The notes under the pieces were generated by a model, which saw only the letters and a program-made list of their open reading frames with translations, did no database searches and had not been told where the DNA came from. The position numbers and the translations under genes are program-made. A stretch of 64,000 bases of DNA from a virus. Lineage: Duplodnaviria; Caudoviricetes. Each line of letters starts with the position of its first letter. The first letter of the stretch is position 1. Of the stretch, positions 18,091 through 26,759 are shown one piece after another. The stretch is taken from positions 15,174-79,173 of the IMG/VR virus record IMGVR_UViG_2602041658_000005. The stretch is one strand, 5' to 3'.

Positions 18091-19086
18091 TTAATCCTTT
18101 TTCACATAAGCCCAGCTTGTGATTATAGGCTTGCACCAATAGCTATCAAAATCTTTATCAATAGGTTTTTCTTTGATTTTTCCAAAATACTTTTTGCAGG
18201 TCATTTCGACCCATAAATATTTTTTCTCGAACCTATGGTAATACAAGCGACAAAGATTATCACCAGCTTGTGGTTGGTAATTTTCATATTTAGAATAACC
18301 ATCAGGAGCAGGGTTTTCAGAAATAAATTTATTTATCATTTCCTCTTTTTTCTTTTGTTCCTCTGCTTCTTTCTTTTTTCGTTCTTCATACTCTTTTTCC
18401 CACTTTGCATTAAGCTCTTCATACTTACGTTTTTCTTCCGCTTTAATTTCTTCGTACTTTTTATGACCTTCTTCTAAAGTCATACCAGAAAGATTTTCAA
18501 AAAGTTCTGAAAAATTCTTTTCATAAAAGCAACAAATATTTGCATCGAGGCACATATAGCTATAAAATAGTCCTTGAGCAATGTAGCAAGAAACATTACC
18601 AACAAATAGACTTCTATCTATCTTTTTGGCTTCTTCTTCGTACTTATGCACAATCTCAAGGACTTTATCACGGTTGGTTTTCCAATCATTCGGTAAAACT
18701 TGCGTTTTGCGAATGTAAAAATCTGTGGAATTTTTTACAATTCTCCAATCTGTGATGGTCGAAAGCAAATTAAATAATTTTGCTTTTTTGTCGTGGTCAA
18801 TAGCATTATATCGTACTCCTACAGATTTATTTTTGTTCTGTATAAGATTAACATAACCGCCAATACAATTTGTAGAAAGCTCTGGAAAAATACCATGTAT
18901 CGTTATCTGTGTTTTATATTTAAACACATCAAACTTTTTATTCATCATTTCCTCAAGTTGTTCAATACTGCAACCGTTTTCAATACTTGTAAGATATTCT
19001 TGTGGAACTTTTTTGTTACAAGTATTGAGCTTGTGTTTCTTATCGTACTCGGTTTCAATACTGAAAAATTTTTCTAACTGTTTCAT
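18091..19086 (-). CDS. Hypothetical protein with coiled-coil segment
   Basis: MKQLEKF; E/K-rich region; preceded by a hairpin. Confidence 0.7.
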   Translation of the reverse strand: MKQLEKFFSIETEYDKKHKLNTCNKKVPQEYLTSIENGCSIEQLEEMMNKKFDVFKYKTQITIHGIFPELSTNCIGGYVNLIQNKNKSVGVRYNAIDHDKKAKLFNLLSTITDWRIVKNSTDFYIRKTQVLPNDWKTNRDKVLEIVHKYEEEAKKIDRSLFVGNVSCYIAQGLFYSYMCLDANICCFYEKNFSELFENLSGMTLEEGHKKYEEIKAEEKRKYEELNAKWEKEYEERKKKEAEEQKKKEEMINKFISENPAPDGYSKYENYQPQAGDNLCRLYYHRFEKKYLWVEMTCKKYFGKIKEKPIDKDFDSYWCKPIITSWAYVKKD

Positions 19087-19163
19087 AATTGCAAAAATTT
19101 TAGTTATTAATAAATATCGTACCTGCAAGATTGGCTAAAATCTTGCAAGTAAATTTTCGTGTA

Positions 19164-20096
19164 TTACTCGTCAGCCCAGTATGTCCACGTTTGCAATTTT
19201 TTTGTACCATATCTTTTTAAGTACGACTTGAGACGTTTTTCAAACTTTTCGTACTCTTGCTTTTGAGCTGCATAGCACTTTTGCAAATCCTCATCGGTTG
19301 CTTTTGTCAAACCGTCAAACCTCCAAGCCTTATCCTTTGCATCGTACTCGTTAAGAAAAACTATTGAATAAAGATTTGAATCGCTGTATTTCCTTGCAAA
19401 GTATAAATTCTTCGTACTTTCATAGGAGTCCTTTTTATTGCCTTCGAAAAGGTTTAATGCGTCCTGCATATCTGCAAGATTATTTGCAAGAAATTGTTTC
19501 TCGCCAAAATTTTCGCACGCATCATTTGCCGCATCGTAACTTTCTGTATCTGTCATACTATCGTGATAACCGAAACAGAAATTTGTTTCAATTTTCGGTT
19601 TTTCAAAAATAACAAGACCGCCGAAAGATGTACGCACACAGTTACTAACCTCCTTCAGGCAATAGCTCCGCATATGCTCACTAACCCAAATTTTGGAAAA
19701 TTCTTCTTTTAGTAAAAATTCGTGTGGCAAAGAATTTTTCTTAAATTTAATCGTACTAAATTCTTTAATTGACTGCAAATCTTGTTCGTACCCGTTCGCT
19801 TCGCACCATTCAGCAAATGCTTCCTGACGGTTGGCATCGTACTTTTTCAGAACTGCCAAAACTTTCCAAATTTCATCACTAATAAAACTTTCCCCAATCA
19901 TAGAATCAGAAACGTTTTCATAATCTTGAAACATAAATTCTGGGTCGCTTTCATCTTTGTGCAATCTTTTACACGTTTGCAAAAATTCGTTTTTGCTTTC
20001 GTACTTTGAAAGTTGTAACCATTTACCAGCAATTGAGCCGCTTGCATACTTTCCATAAGTGCCAACGTAAGCACTTGCTTGCATTAAATTTTTCAT
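19164..20096 (-). CDS. ardA: ArdA-like antirestriction N-terminal domain fused to an unknown C-terminal domain
   Basis: YVGTYGKYASGSIAGKWLQL...LHKDESDPEFMFQDYE. Confidence 0.8.
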   Translation of the reverse strand: MKNLMQASAYVGTYGKYASGSIAGKWLQLSKYESKNEFLQTCKRLHKDESDPEFMFQDYENVSDSMIGESFISDEIWKVLAVLKKYDANRQEAFAEWCEANGYEQDLQSIKEFSTIKFKKNSLPHEFLLKEEFSKIWVSEHMRSYCLKEVSNCVRTSFGGLVIFEKPKIETNFCFGYHDSMTDTESYDAANDACENFGEKQFLANNLADMQDALNLFEGNKKDSYESTKNLYFARKYSDSNLYSIVFLNEYDAKDKAWRFDGLTKATDEDLQKCYAAQKQEYEKFEKRLKSYLKRYGTKKLQTWTYWADE

Positions 20097-20181
20097 AATC
20101 TGAATTTTTAAATTGTTAATACTAAAAATAGAACCCCAACTAAATTTTACTTTAGTTAGGGCCTCGTACTTTGTCTTTTCT

Positions 20182-20454
20182 TTATAGCATTTTTGCTATT
20201 TCTGATTCTTTTAAGGCTTTTACAAATATTGTTTTAAAATGAGTATCATTGCAGTCATATTTATCATACCATTCGCAAATTGTACGAAGTGGAAAAACTT
20301 GCCTTGCTACATCAAAAGCTATTCTTACTTCTATGTTTTTATATGCTCTTTCTTTTTTCACAGTGCTTATATGCTGCATAAGCTGCTCCGGATTCTCTAA
20401 TTTTAGTTGTTTGAAACTTTTTAAAACCTCTGGATAAATTTCTTTTAATTTCAT
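20182..20454 (-). CDS. Small early-type protein
   Basis: ORF preceded by a hairpin. Confidence 0.65.
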   Translation of the reverse strand: MKLKEIYPEVLKSFKQLKLENPEQLMQHISTVKKERAYKNIEVRIAFDVARQVFPLRTICEWYDKYDCNDTHFKTIFVKALKESEIAKML

Positions 20455-20524
20455 GATTTTATAATTTTTAGAATGTTAATAATAAAAAGTAAGTACGAAG
20501 ATTTTTACATCTTCGTACTTTGTT

Positions 20525-20722
20525 TTATTTGTCCTCTAACATAAGAGAGAGCCGCTTATTTATTATTAAAAATCGTTTCCAAAAACGGCTGGGACTAATT
20601 TTTAAAATAACTATTAAATACATCGTACTTAAAAGTATTAGTACTAAATTGTTAGAAATAATTCCTATAAAAAAAGGTAGGAGTAAAAACATTCCTACCA
20701 AAAAAGTTTTAAAATCTTTCAT
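20525..20722 (-). CDS. Small membrane protein
   Basis: Two hydrophobic segments. Confidence 0.55.
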   Translation of the reverse strand: MKDFKTFLVGMFLLLPFFIGIISNNLVLILLSTMYLIVILKISPSRFWKRFLIINKRLSLMLEDK

Positions 20723-20741
20723 AACTCAAACGATTTAATGT

Positions 20742-20915
20742 TTATAGCTTTGTTTCATCCCAATATTCATTATTTACACATCCGTATATAGAATAACATA
20801 TAGAATAAGTACCTATTTGATCCAATTCTTCCTTCGCTTCCTCAAGCGTTGAGCAATTAGCAACAATGACTTCGCAACCGTCATCAACAACAACATAAGA
20901 ATCATACTTTTTCAT
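20742..20915 (-). CDS. Small acidic early-type protein
   Basis: MKKYDSY; preceded by a hairpin. Confidence 0.6.
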   Translation of the reverse strand: MKKYDSYVVVDDGCEVIVANCSTLEEAKEELDQIGTYSICYSIYGCVNNEYWDETKL

Positions 20916-20994
20916 ATTTTCTAAAATTTTTAAATTAAACATTCGTACTTGCAAGATTGGTTAGAATCTTGCAAGCTAATTTTACAATACCTTA

Positions 20995-21213
20995 TTAATA
21001 ACGGCGCCCATAACTATCTATATTTCCGTTATTATAAGTTTTTAAGACATTTTCCTCCTCGTCCTCATAATGATAGTTACAATTTTGCAACTTGTGGCGT
21101 AACTTTGCCTCCTTTGCACTATCATAAACACGTCTTACATCATACTTCCTCCAAATTGCTTTTGTAAATCGTGGAGCTACATTTTTTAATTCTGTTTCGA
21201 TATAAATTTTCAT
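20995..21213 (-). CDS. Small early-type protein
   Basis: ORF preceded by a hairpin. Confidence 0.6.
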   Translation of the reverse strand: MKIYIETELKNVAPRFTKAIWRKYDVRRVYDSAKEAKLRHKLQNCNYHYEDEEENVLKTYNNGNIDSYGRRY

Positions 21214-21310
21214 AACCTTTTATTTTTATAAATTGTTAATATTATTGATAAACAAGCACCGCCTTTAAAATCTTTCATTTAAAAGCGGCTTAAAAATCTT
21301 ACTAAAATAA

Positions 21311-21475
21311 TTATATAGTATAGTTATAACCAGCACCTTCACAGTGCCAGCACCCATTTTCTAACTTTGTTATCTTTTTATACAAAGTTGAAAGTTTCAC
21401 TTTCTTGACTTCCATTGAATTATATAAAGGCAATAATTCTAAAGCGGCTTGCTTTCTTGTTTTTAACTTGTTCAT
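21311..21475 (-). CDS. Small protein (54 aa) with CWHCEG motif
   Basis: Manual translation MNKLKTRKQAALELL...; preceded by a hairpin. Confidence 0.55.
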   Translation of the reverse strand: MNKLKTRKQAALELLPLYNSMEVKKVKLSTLYKKITKLENGCWHCEGAGYNYTI

Positions 21476-21582
21476 AATTGATTAATTTTTAATTTGATTT
21501 TGTTTTTATTCTTTATAAAAAGCACCGCGCAAAATTTTCACATTTTGCACGGCGTTAATATTTAGGACTTAAAAGCTAACTT

Positions 21583-21933
21583 TTAGATAAATTTTACTTG
21601 TCCGTTTATTTCTAAAGTTATTGCCTCCTGTAACATTTCCTTTTTAAGATTTTCGCAAATTTCTAAAATAGTATCTATATTTTCTTTTAATTGCTCGGAG
21701 GTACAATAACTATATACTATTTTAATTTTCTCAATAACAGTTTGTCCATCATTTGCAACCCAGCCTCCTACAGCATCAGATGCTGTAGCACCGCCAAAAA
21801 GAAGGGATAACTTCTTTATAATTTGCAAAACTTGTTGTTCGTTATTTACTTCTTTGTCAACGTCGACCGTTGATGGCACATAAATTGCTACTTTACAATC
21901 TAAATCAAACTTAAACTTTAATTCTTTTTTCAT
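21583..21933 (-). CDS. DUF3574-like (ferredoxin/PII-like fold) protein
   Basis: FGGATA...GGWV...E...V...QEAI pattern. Confidence 0.55.
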   Translation of the reverse strand: MKKELKFKFDLDCKVAIYVPSTVDVDKEVNNEQQVLQIIKKLSLLFGGATASDAVGGWVANDGQTVIEKIKIVYSYCTSEQLKENIDTILEICENLKKEMLQEAITLEINGQVKFI

Positions 21934-22034
21934 TTTCGTAAAATTCTAAAAATTAATAAATAAAAAGTGCCAGCTTTAAAATGTTTCATTTAAAACTGGC
22001 TTAAACAAAAAGCACCACGAAGTATATTTTGTTT

Positions 22035-22517
22035 TTATTTCTTTATATAGCTATAATAAAAGTTAGTAGCATCTTTATAATCGAAATTATATAATAACAT
22101 TGTTTCCTTTTTTATTCTCAAATCTTTCATATCATTTTTTAGCTTTTTATAGAAATGATCCAAATAATGAAAAAACAGTTCAGAGCCTTTGTCTTTAATT
22201 TCTTTTAATTCTAAAAGATCCAGTCGTGCCAATATGCATGTCCTTTGCACGGGGTGCATATTGTGAAAATAAGCTAAAGCAGCAGCCGTTCCAGCGTTAC
22301 TTAATTTGTTTAATTCTTTATTAGCATAAATAGAATCAGCACCGCCGCCGTTGTCGCTATCATTATCATTATTGATATTATCAATATAACGATCCTCCTT
22401 CATCTTTATAAAGGATTTAAGCCCATGTACCGGCACCCGCTGCAGTGCAGCCTCCAGCTCCCACTTGTTGTAATAAGTGGCTGGTATTGTTATTTCTTTG
22501 TTGTTGTTGTTATTCAT
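22035..22517 (-). CDS. Hypothetical protein
   Basis: ORF. Confidence 0.6.
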   Translation of the reverse strand: MNNNNNKEITIPATYYNKWELEAALQRVPVHGLKSFIKMKEDRYIDNINNDNDSDNGGGADSIYANKELNKLSNAGTAAALAYFHNMHPVQRTCILARLDLLELKEIKDKGSELFFHYLDHFYKKLKNDMKDLRIKKETMLLYNFDYKDATNFYYSYIKK

Positions 22518-22602
22518 TTTGATTTATTTTTTATGTTAGGTACTTTGTAAATATTTTTCAATTTATAAAGCATAAAAAAAGCGGCTTATTAAGCCGCTTT
22601 AA

Positions 22603-23418
22603 TTAATCGAAAATATCATTAACCACATCACATATTAATGATTTGTTAGCATCTTTTTCTTTTAGTTTTTGCAAAATTACTCGCAAATCATTTAACAAGC
22701 TCCCAGCTTTATTTGCTGCCTTTTTTACTTTGTTAAATTCTTTTACGTAATAAGAAAAACTAACAACCGCTTTTATATAATTTGTTCGATTTAAATCTAA
22801 CTTCTTATAATAAACAGTCCCAGTGTGTGGATGACTGTATATATCATTAATAGTGATTGTTGTATAATTGTCTTTGCGTTCATTGTCTTTATTTTCATTG
22901 TCATTTTTAATCGTATCAGACAAAAAACAAATTACATAACCATCTTTTACTATTTTTTTATAATCAAAATTATTATAAAAAACATTGTCTATTAGTGCTT
23001 TAATTTCTGAATCTTGTAAAATTTGCTCAAAAAATTGCACCGTTGGTGTATTTTCTATTTTTTCAATTTCTTCTTTATTCTCATCCTCCCAGCTTTTTTT
23101 AACCGCCTTTAATGCGCCTTCGAAAGCGTTTGAATCAACGTTTTTTAAAGCGCCAAAGGATGTCATAAAGTTTTTATATTTTTCTGATCCTTCAAAAAAT
23201 AGTCCCGTCTTATTATCTAATAACTTTTTGAGTTTTTTTGTTTTTGATTCTTCTTTAATATTAGAATCATCACAATTAGATTTGTTACTTTTAGTTGTGG
23301 AGTTGTCCTCCACATTTAAGCCTTCATTTTCTAATTTGTTACTGTTTTCAATTTCTTTTTTGGTATTTTCTGAAATATTTAAATTCTCAGAAAACTTTTT
23401 GTTTTCTAAATTTTTCAT
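22603..23418 (-). CDS. Hypothetical protein, first gene of the leftward operon
   Basis: 271-aa ORF. Confidence 0.7.
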   Translation of the reverse strand: MKNLENKKFSENLNISENTKKEIENSNKLENEGLNVEDNSTTKSNKSNCDDSNIKEESKTKKLKKLLDNKTGLFFEGSEKYKNFMTSFGALKNVDSNAFEGALKAVKKSWEDENKEEIEKIENTPTVQFFEQILQDSEIKALIDNVFYNNFDYKKIVKDGYVICFLSDTIKNDNENKDNERKDNYTTITINDIYSHPHTGTVYYKKLDLNRTNYIKAVVSFSYYVKEFNKVKKAANKAGSLLNDLRVILQKLKEKDANKSLICDVVNDIFD

Positions 23419-23964
23419 AACTTAAAAGTTTTTTAATTTGTTATTATTGTTATTATTATTATTGTGTGGGGGGCTTATTTTCCAAAGGTACTCCCACGTG
23501 TTTTTGTTTTTGCTTATTATTTTATTTCAGATGCACAAACAAGCAAACAAACTAACATCAATTAATTAGATTTATATATTTAAGAATCTTTTTTTTGTCT
23601 TATTTTTCAAAAACAAAAAAAAACAAATAAAACTACATTAACCACTTGATATATTGCAAGTTAATTATATCAAGTAATTAAGCAGGATCCACGCCTTCCT
23701 CCGGTCGTGTGCATGAAAGTAAGACAAAGATTTTTTAAAAGTTTGCAAAGTAAAAATTTTATTTATATCTTTGCACCGATTTTGTGAATCAAGCAAAAAT
23801 ATTTTTTATTTTTGAGTAGCTAAAAAAACTTGCAAGGTTATATTTTTAGCTACTTTTTTTTGCTTTCAAATTTTCAAAAAGTAAAACAGTTAGTAGCTTT
23901 ATTACATTGTTGTTATTGCTACTGTCTGTAAAAGTAACCGCCGTTATCTTTTTTAATTACATAA

Positions 23965-24094
23965 CAAAGGTAGTAAATTTTGTTTATTAATCCAAATTTA
24001 AAGGGTTGTTTTTTCGTTAAATTTTGCAAATAAAATTACCACTACAACAAAGTAAAAAATATTTACATTTTCACAAAGGACTAAAACAAAGATA
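23965..24094 (-). promoter_or_regulatory. Tandem leftward Bacteroidota-type promoters
   Basis: TACCTTTG at 23965-23972 with TTTG at 23993-23996; TATCTTTG at 24087-24094. Confidence 0.6.
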
Positions 24095-24142
24095 ATAAGT
24101 ATCATTATTATTATTGTATCTGTGTATATGCAAGTTGCTAAG

Positions 24143-24326
24143 ATGTATAATGTATAATGTATATAAGGTTATAAGGTTATAAGGATATAAGGATATAAGG
24201 ATATAAGGATATAAGGATGTAAGACGTATATATAAGGTAATAGATAGGAGGTAATAGATAGTAGGGAGTAGGGAGTAGGGAGTAGATAAGGTAAGGTAAG
24301 GTAAGGTAAGATGTATATATATAAGG
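24143..24326 (+). repeat. Compound tandem repeats
   Basis: TATAAGG(T/A) x7 (24162-24217), GGTAATAGATAG x2, GTAGGGA x3, GTAAG x4-5. Confidence 0.9.
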
Positions 24327-25259
24327 CTGTAATTAAGGCAATAAGAGAGTCAGGAGGGAGGCGATTCTTAATAGTTTGAGAGTGTAAGAGAGGAGGTTAT
24401 ATTTTCGTTGTAAGTTGTTGTTTATCAATAAGATAGGTTATACAAATAATGTATCTTTTTTTTTTAGTAGTAAGGGGGGGGTAACCCCTTAATGAAAGCA
24501 AAGAGTCCCTATTTGATTACCGGTCTAAATTTTTTATTTTTTTTTTTTGTTTTTGGGGTTGTCTATTGTTTAGGGTATTGGTTTAGTATTGGTTTAGTGT
24601 GTGTTAAGGGTGCATTGAGTGTATATGTAGAGCGTATGTGTAGAGTGTTAAAATGACGTTAAAAAAGTCATGTTTTTATGTTTTTGGGTCTTGTATGGAC
24701 TATTTTGTCATTTTATTTGACAATTTATTTTTATTTTTCGAGATTTTTGTTTAATCTTTTCAAAGTCTTTATTATAAAGGGTATCTTTGCATTGTTAGTG
24801 GACATATTTCTTAATTATTACCTATTTTAGGGTATCTATATAGGATATTTATATATATATTATATATATTTACTAATAAACGCGAGGAGATGAGTTTTAG
24901 AGAGTGTATTTTAGCGAAATTAGCGCGATATAGCGAAAAAATAGCGATAGATAAGAGAATGTGCCAAAATGGATAGAAAGTGCTTTAAAACGCACGTAAA
25001 ACAGATTTGAGCAAACATAATGTATGCGAGTAAGGAAGTTGTTTGTATTTTTAAGGTAAAGGTTTGCTGCTGTTTTTTTGCGAAAGATAGGTATTGTAGC
25101 TATCTTAGCAAACAGAGAAAGAGAAAAAAGGAAAAGAAAAAAAATAAAAAAAGAAAAGGAAATAAGAGAAAGACGAAAGACGAGTGAGAGAGAGAAAAAA
25201 AGGACGAGAAAGAAACCGTAAGAGGGAAACAAGGAATTGGATAGAGATAAGGAGAGTTT

Positions 25260-26747
25260 ATGGTTAGAAAGAGTAGTGTTAGTAGGGTTAGTAGAGTATG
25301 TTTAAAGGCTGAGGGTAGTTCTGATTATGTTCGTAGTATGGATATAGTGTCTTCGTTGTCGTTGTCGCTATATTCTTCTTTTAACAAGAAAGAGTTTCAG
25401 CGTGTGGTTATGGAGCCTCGTTTTGGGGATAGGGTATTTGGTTATGAGAACTGCGTCCGTAGTGCTTGTGCTAAGGTATTGAAGTATTATCGGGATCGTG
25501 TGTATTACTTCTCGGGTAAGTATTGGTCGGAGCTGTCTGGTGAGCTGTTAGAATTGTCTTTGAATGATGCTTTGTTGCGTTTCCGTCCTCAAAAGTCGGA
25601 TTTAGTAAAGGCTCGTGCTAACATCTTGCGTGCTGCTAAGCAAGGGGCTTCGCTTTCTCGCTTACGTCCGTCCCGTTCTGTGGTAGGCTTTAGTAATGGT
25701 GTGTATGATTTTACTGATGTAGACAATCCGGTGTATCACCCTTTTTCAGACCGCATGGACGTGCTGTCTATACTTCCTTATGCTTATGATGAGACAGCTA
25801 CCTGTCCTAAGTGGCTATCTTTTATGCGTTCTGTCCTTACCCCTGTACAGGTGTCTTTGTTGCAAAAGTATTTGTCTTTAGGTATAGCTCCTCGCGATGC
25901 TTCTTCTCGGAAGATAGAAGAGACGTTGTGGTTGGTGGGTAATGGTGCAAATGGCAAGAGTGTTATCTTTGAGGTTGTCAGTGCTGTTTTTGGTATAGAT
26001 AGTATATCTTCGGTATCTCTTCACAATCTCATACGTGGTGGTGATGAGCGTGCAAGGTTTATGGCTGCCATAGTGGGCAAGATATTTAATTATTGTACAG
26101 AGGTAGACTCTTCTGATATATCAAAATATGAGGGTAATTTTAAGTCGTTATGCTCTGGTGAGCGTCAAGAGGTGCGTTTGATAGGTAAGAATGTGGAGAT
26201 GACGTCAGACATACCTTATTTGGTTTTCAACATGAATAAGAAGCCGAGCAATAGGAGTATGGGAGAGGCTTTTATGCGTAGGTTGCTACTTATCCACTTT
26301 AGGACTACGGTGTCTAAGCACGATATGCGTCCGGACTTGGTAAAAGAACTATGTACGGAACTTAGCGGTATAAGGAATTGGCTTATTCAAGGCTATAAAT
26401 CGTTGAAAGAAGATGGGTTTAAGTTTGTCCCTACGAAAGAGAGTTTAGAGGAAACGGAGGAGTATCTATTAGAGAACGGTCAGACCATACAGATGTTTTT
26501 GCGTGTTAGAGGCTATAGACCTAATAGATATAGTGGTCATTGGAATGAGAAACCTAAAGCTGTGCCTGCTCAATCTCTGTACAATGACTATGTTACGTTC
26601 TGTGAGCGTAAGATGTATGAGGTAGAAACTCTAAATATGTTCGGCAGGGAGATGACGCGGTTAGGCTTTAGTAAACGTAAGCAGAGCAGCTATAACATCT
26701 ATGAGATTTTTAGCGACAATGAGATAAGTTACGCATTTAATGTTTAG
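25260..26747 (+). CDS. D5-like / P4-family SF3 helicase (primase-associated)
   Basis: FSNGVYD, CPKWLSF, Walker A GNGANGKS, FKSLCSGE, RRLLLIHF. Confidence 0.88.
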   Translation: MVRKSSVSRVSRVCLKAEGSSDYVRSMDIVSSLSLSLYSSFNKKEFQRVVMEPRFGDRVFGYENCVRSACAKVLKYYRDRVYYFSGKYWSELSGELLELSLNDALLRFRPQKSDLVKARANILRAAKQGASLSRLRPSRSVVGFSNGVYDFTDVDNPVYHPFSDRMDVLSILPYAYDETATCPKWLSFMRSVLTPVQVSLLQKYLSLGIAPRDASSRKIEETLWLVGNGANGKSVIFEVVSAVFGIDSISSVSLHNLIRGGDERARFMAAIVGKIFNYCTEVDSSDISKYEGNFKSLCSGERQEVRLIGKNVEMTSDIPYLVFNMNKKPSNRSMGEAFMRRLLLIHFRTTVSKHDMRPDLVKELCTELSGIRNWLIQGYKSLKEDGFKFVPTKESLEETEEYLLENGQTIQMFLRVRGYRPNRYSGHWNEKPKAVPAQSLYNDYVTFCERKMYEVETLNMFGREMTRLGFSKRKQSSYNIYEIFSDNEISYAFNV

Positions 26748-26759
26748 ATTTATATAGTT

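Larger units (their letters stand above)
14339..20948 (+). repeat. Dispersed, oriented TCGTAC(T) motif field
   Basis: About 31 plus-strand copies versus 3 reverse copies, by manual count. Confidence 0.85.
16830..22000 (-). repeat. Array of 11 intergenic ~28-32-nt hairpins, one before each early gene
   Basis: Stems at about 16831, 17130, 17709, 18053, 19122, 20134, 20491, 20948, 21259, 21525 and 21969. Confidence 0.85.

Noticed and set aside
16799-20954. Shared N-terminal extensions (MQVR..., MREL...) of early ORFs as a protein motif
   Set aside because: They arise from translating the hairpin/AGTACGA element from alternative starts; the real ATGs lie downstream after AT-rich leaders.
16826-22000. 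CRISPR array
   Set aside because: The hairpin units are not identical repeats, the spacers are whole genes of variable length, and no cas genes are present.
22985-23425. Antisense ORFs in the track (also 32808-33377, 51358-51771, 62010-62474 and many others)
   Set aside because: They are shadows of better-supported genes on the opposite strand.
24897-25232. 111-aa minus-strand membrane-like ORF
   Set aside because: It is a translation of the low-complexity purine tract (Phe/Ser/Leu-rich) and probably spurious.
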